This document shows positions 7,935 through 7,996 of a DNA stretch of 7,996 nt, piece after piece. Position numbers and translations under genes: made by a program. This DNA is from Octopus sinensis (taxonomy: Eukaryota), in NCBI RefSeq assembly GCF_006345805.1, contig NW_021828663.1, forward strand, positions 1-7,996. Direction: 5' to 3'. Below the pieces are notes generated by a model, which was not told the origin of the DNA, did not search any database, and saw only the letters and a program-made list of their open reading frames with translations. Position 1 is the first letter of the stretch. The number at the start of each line of letters is the position of its first letter.

Positions 7935-7996
7935 AATAATAATGGTTTCCAATTTGGGTACAAAGACAATAATTTCAGGTGGGGATCTAGTTCCTT
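7935..7996 (-). mobile_element. Same SINE family, copy 4 (3' tail only; runs off the window)
   Basis: AATAATAATGGTTTCCAATTTGGGTACAAAGACAATAATTTC matches the tail of copy 1 (TAATAATTGTTTCAAGTATGGCACAATGCCAGCAATTTC). Confidence 0.6.

Noticed and set aside
7322-7996. Repeat-spacer appearance suggestive of a CRISPR array
   Set aside because: Units are ~180-215-bp diverged SINE copies without short identical repeats or unique spacers; no cas genes, and the context is eukaryotic.

Overview
Eukaryotic, AT-rich, essentially non-coding DNA (intronic or intergenic), dense in microsatellites and decayed transposable elements. The SINE-like repeats resemble families I recall from Octopus genomes; that host assignment is recognition, not a database result. 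Main content: (1) a nearly full-length dead Tc1-type transposon on the minus strand (573-~1819) whose reconstructed ~343-aa transposase has DD36E spacing rather than canonical DD34E; (2) a piggyBac-like terminus (TTAA|CCC plus subterminal palindromes) abutting the 3' part of a DD34D mariner; (3) a full-length tRNA-derived SINE with a visible target-site duplication; (4) a 5'-truncated SINE of a second family; (5) a head-to-tail array of four diverged copies of a third SINE family; (6) many (TA)n/(CA)n/(AG)n/(GAA)n tracts, which generate nearly all ORFs in the supplied track. No intact protein-coding gene, RNA gene, CRISPR array or multi-gene system is supported. The best leads are the tandem SINE array, the DD36E transposase and a TAATTA motif cluster.
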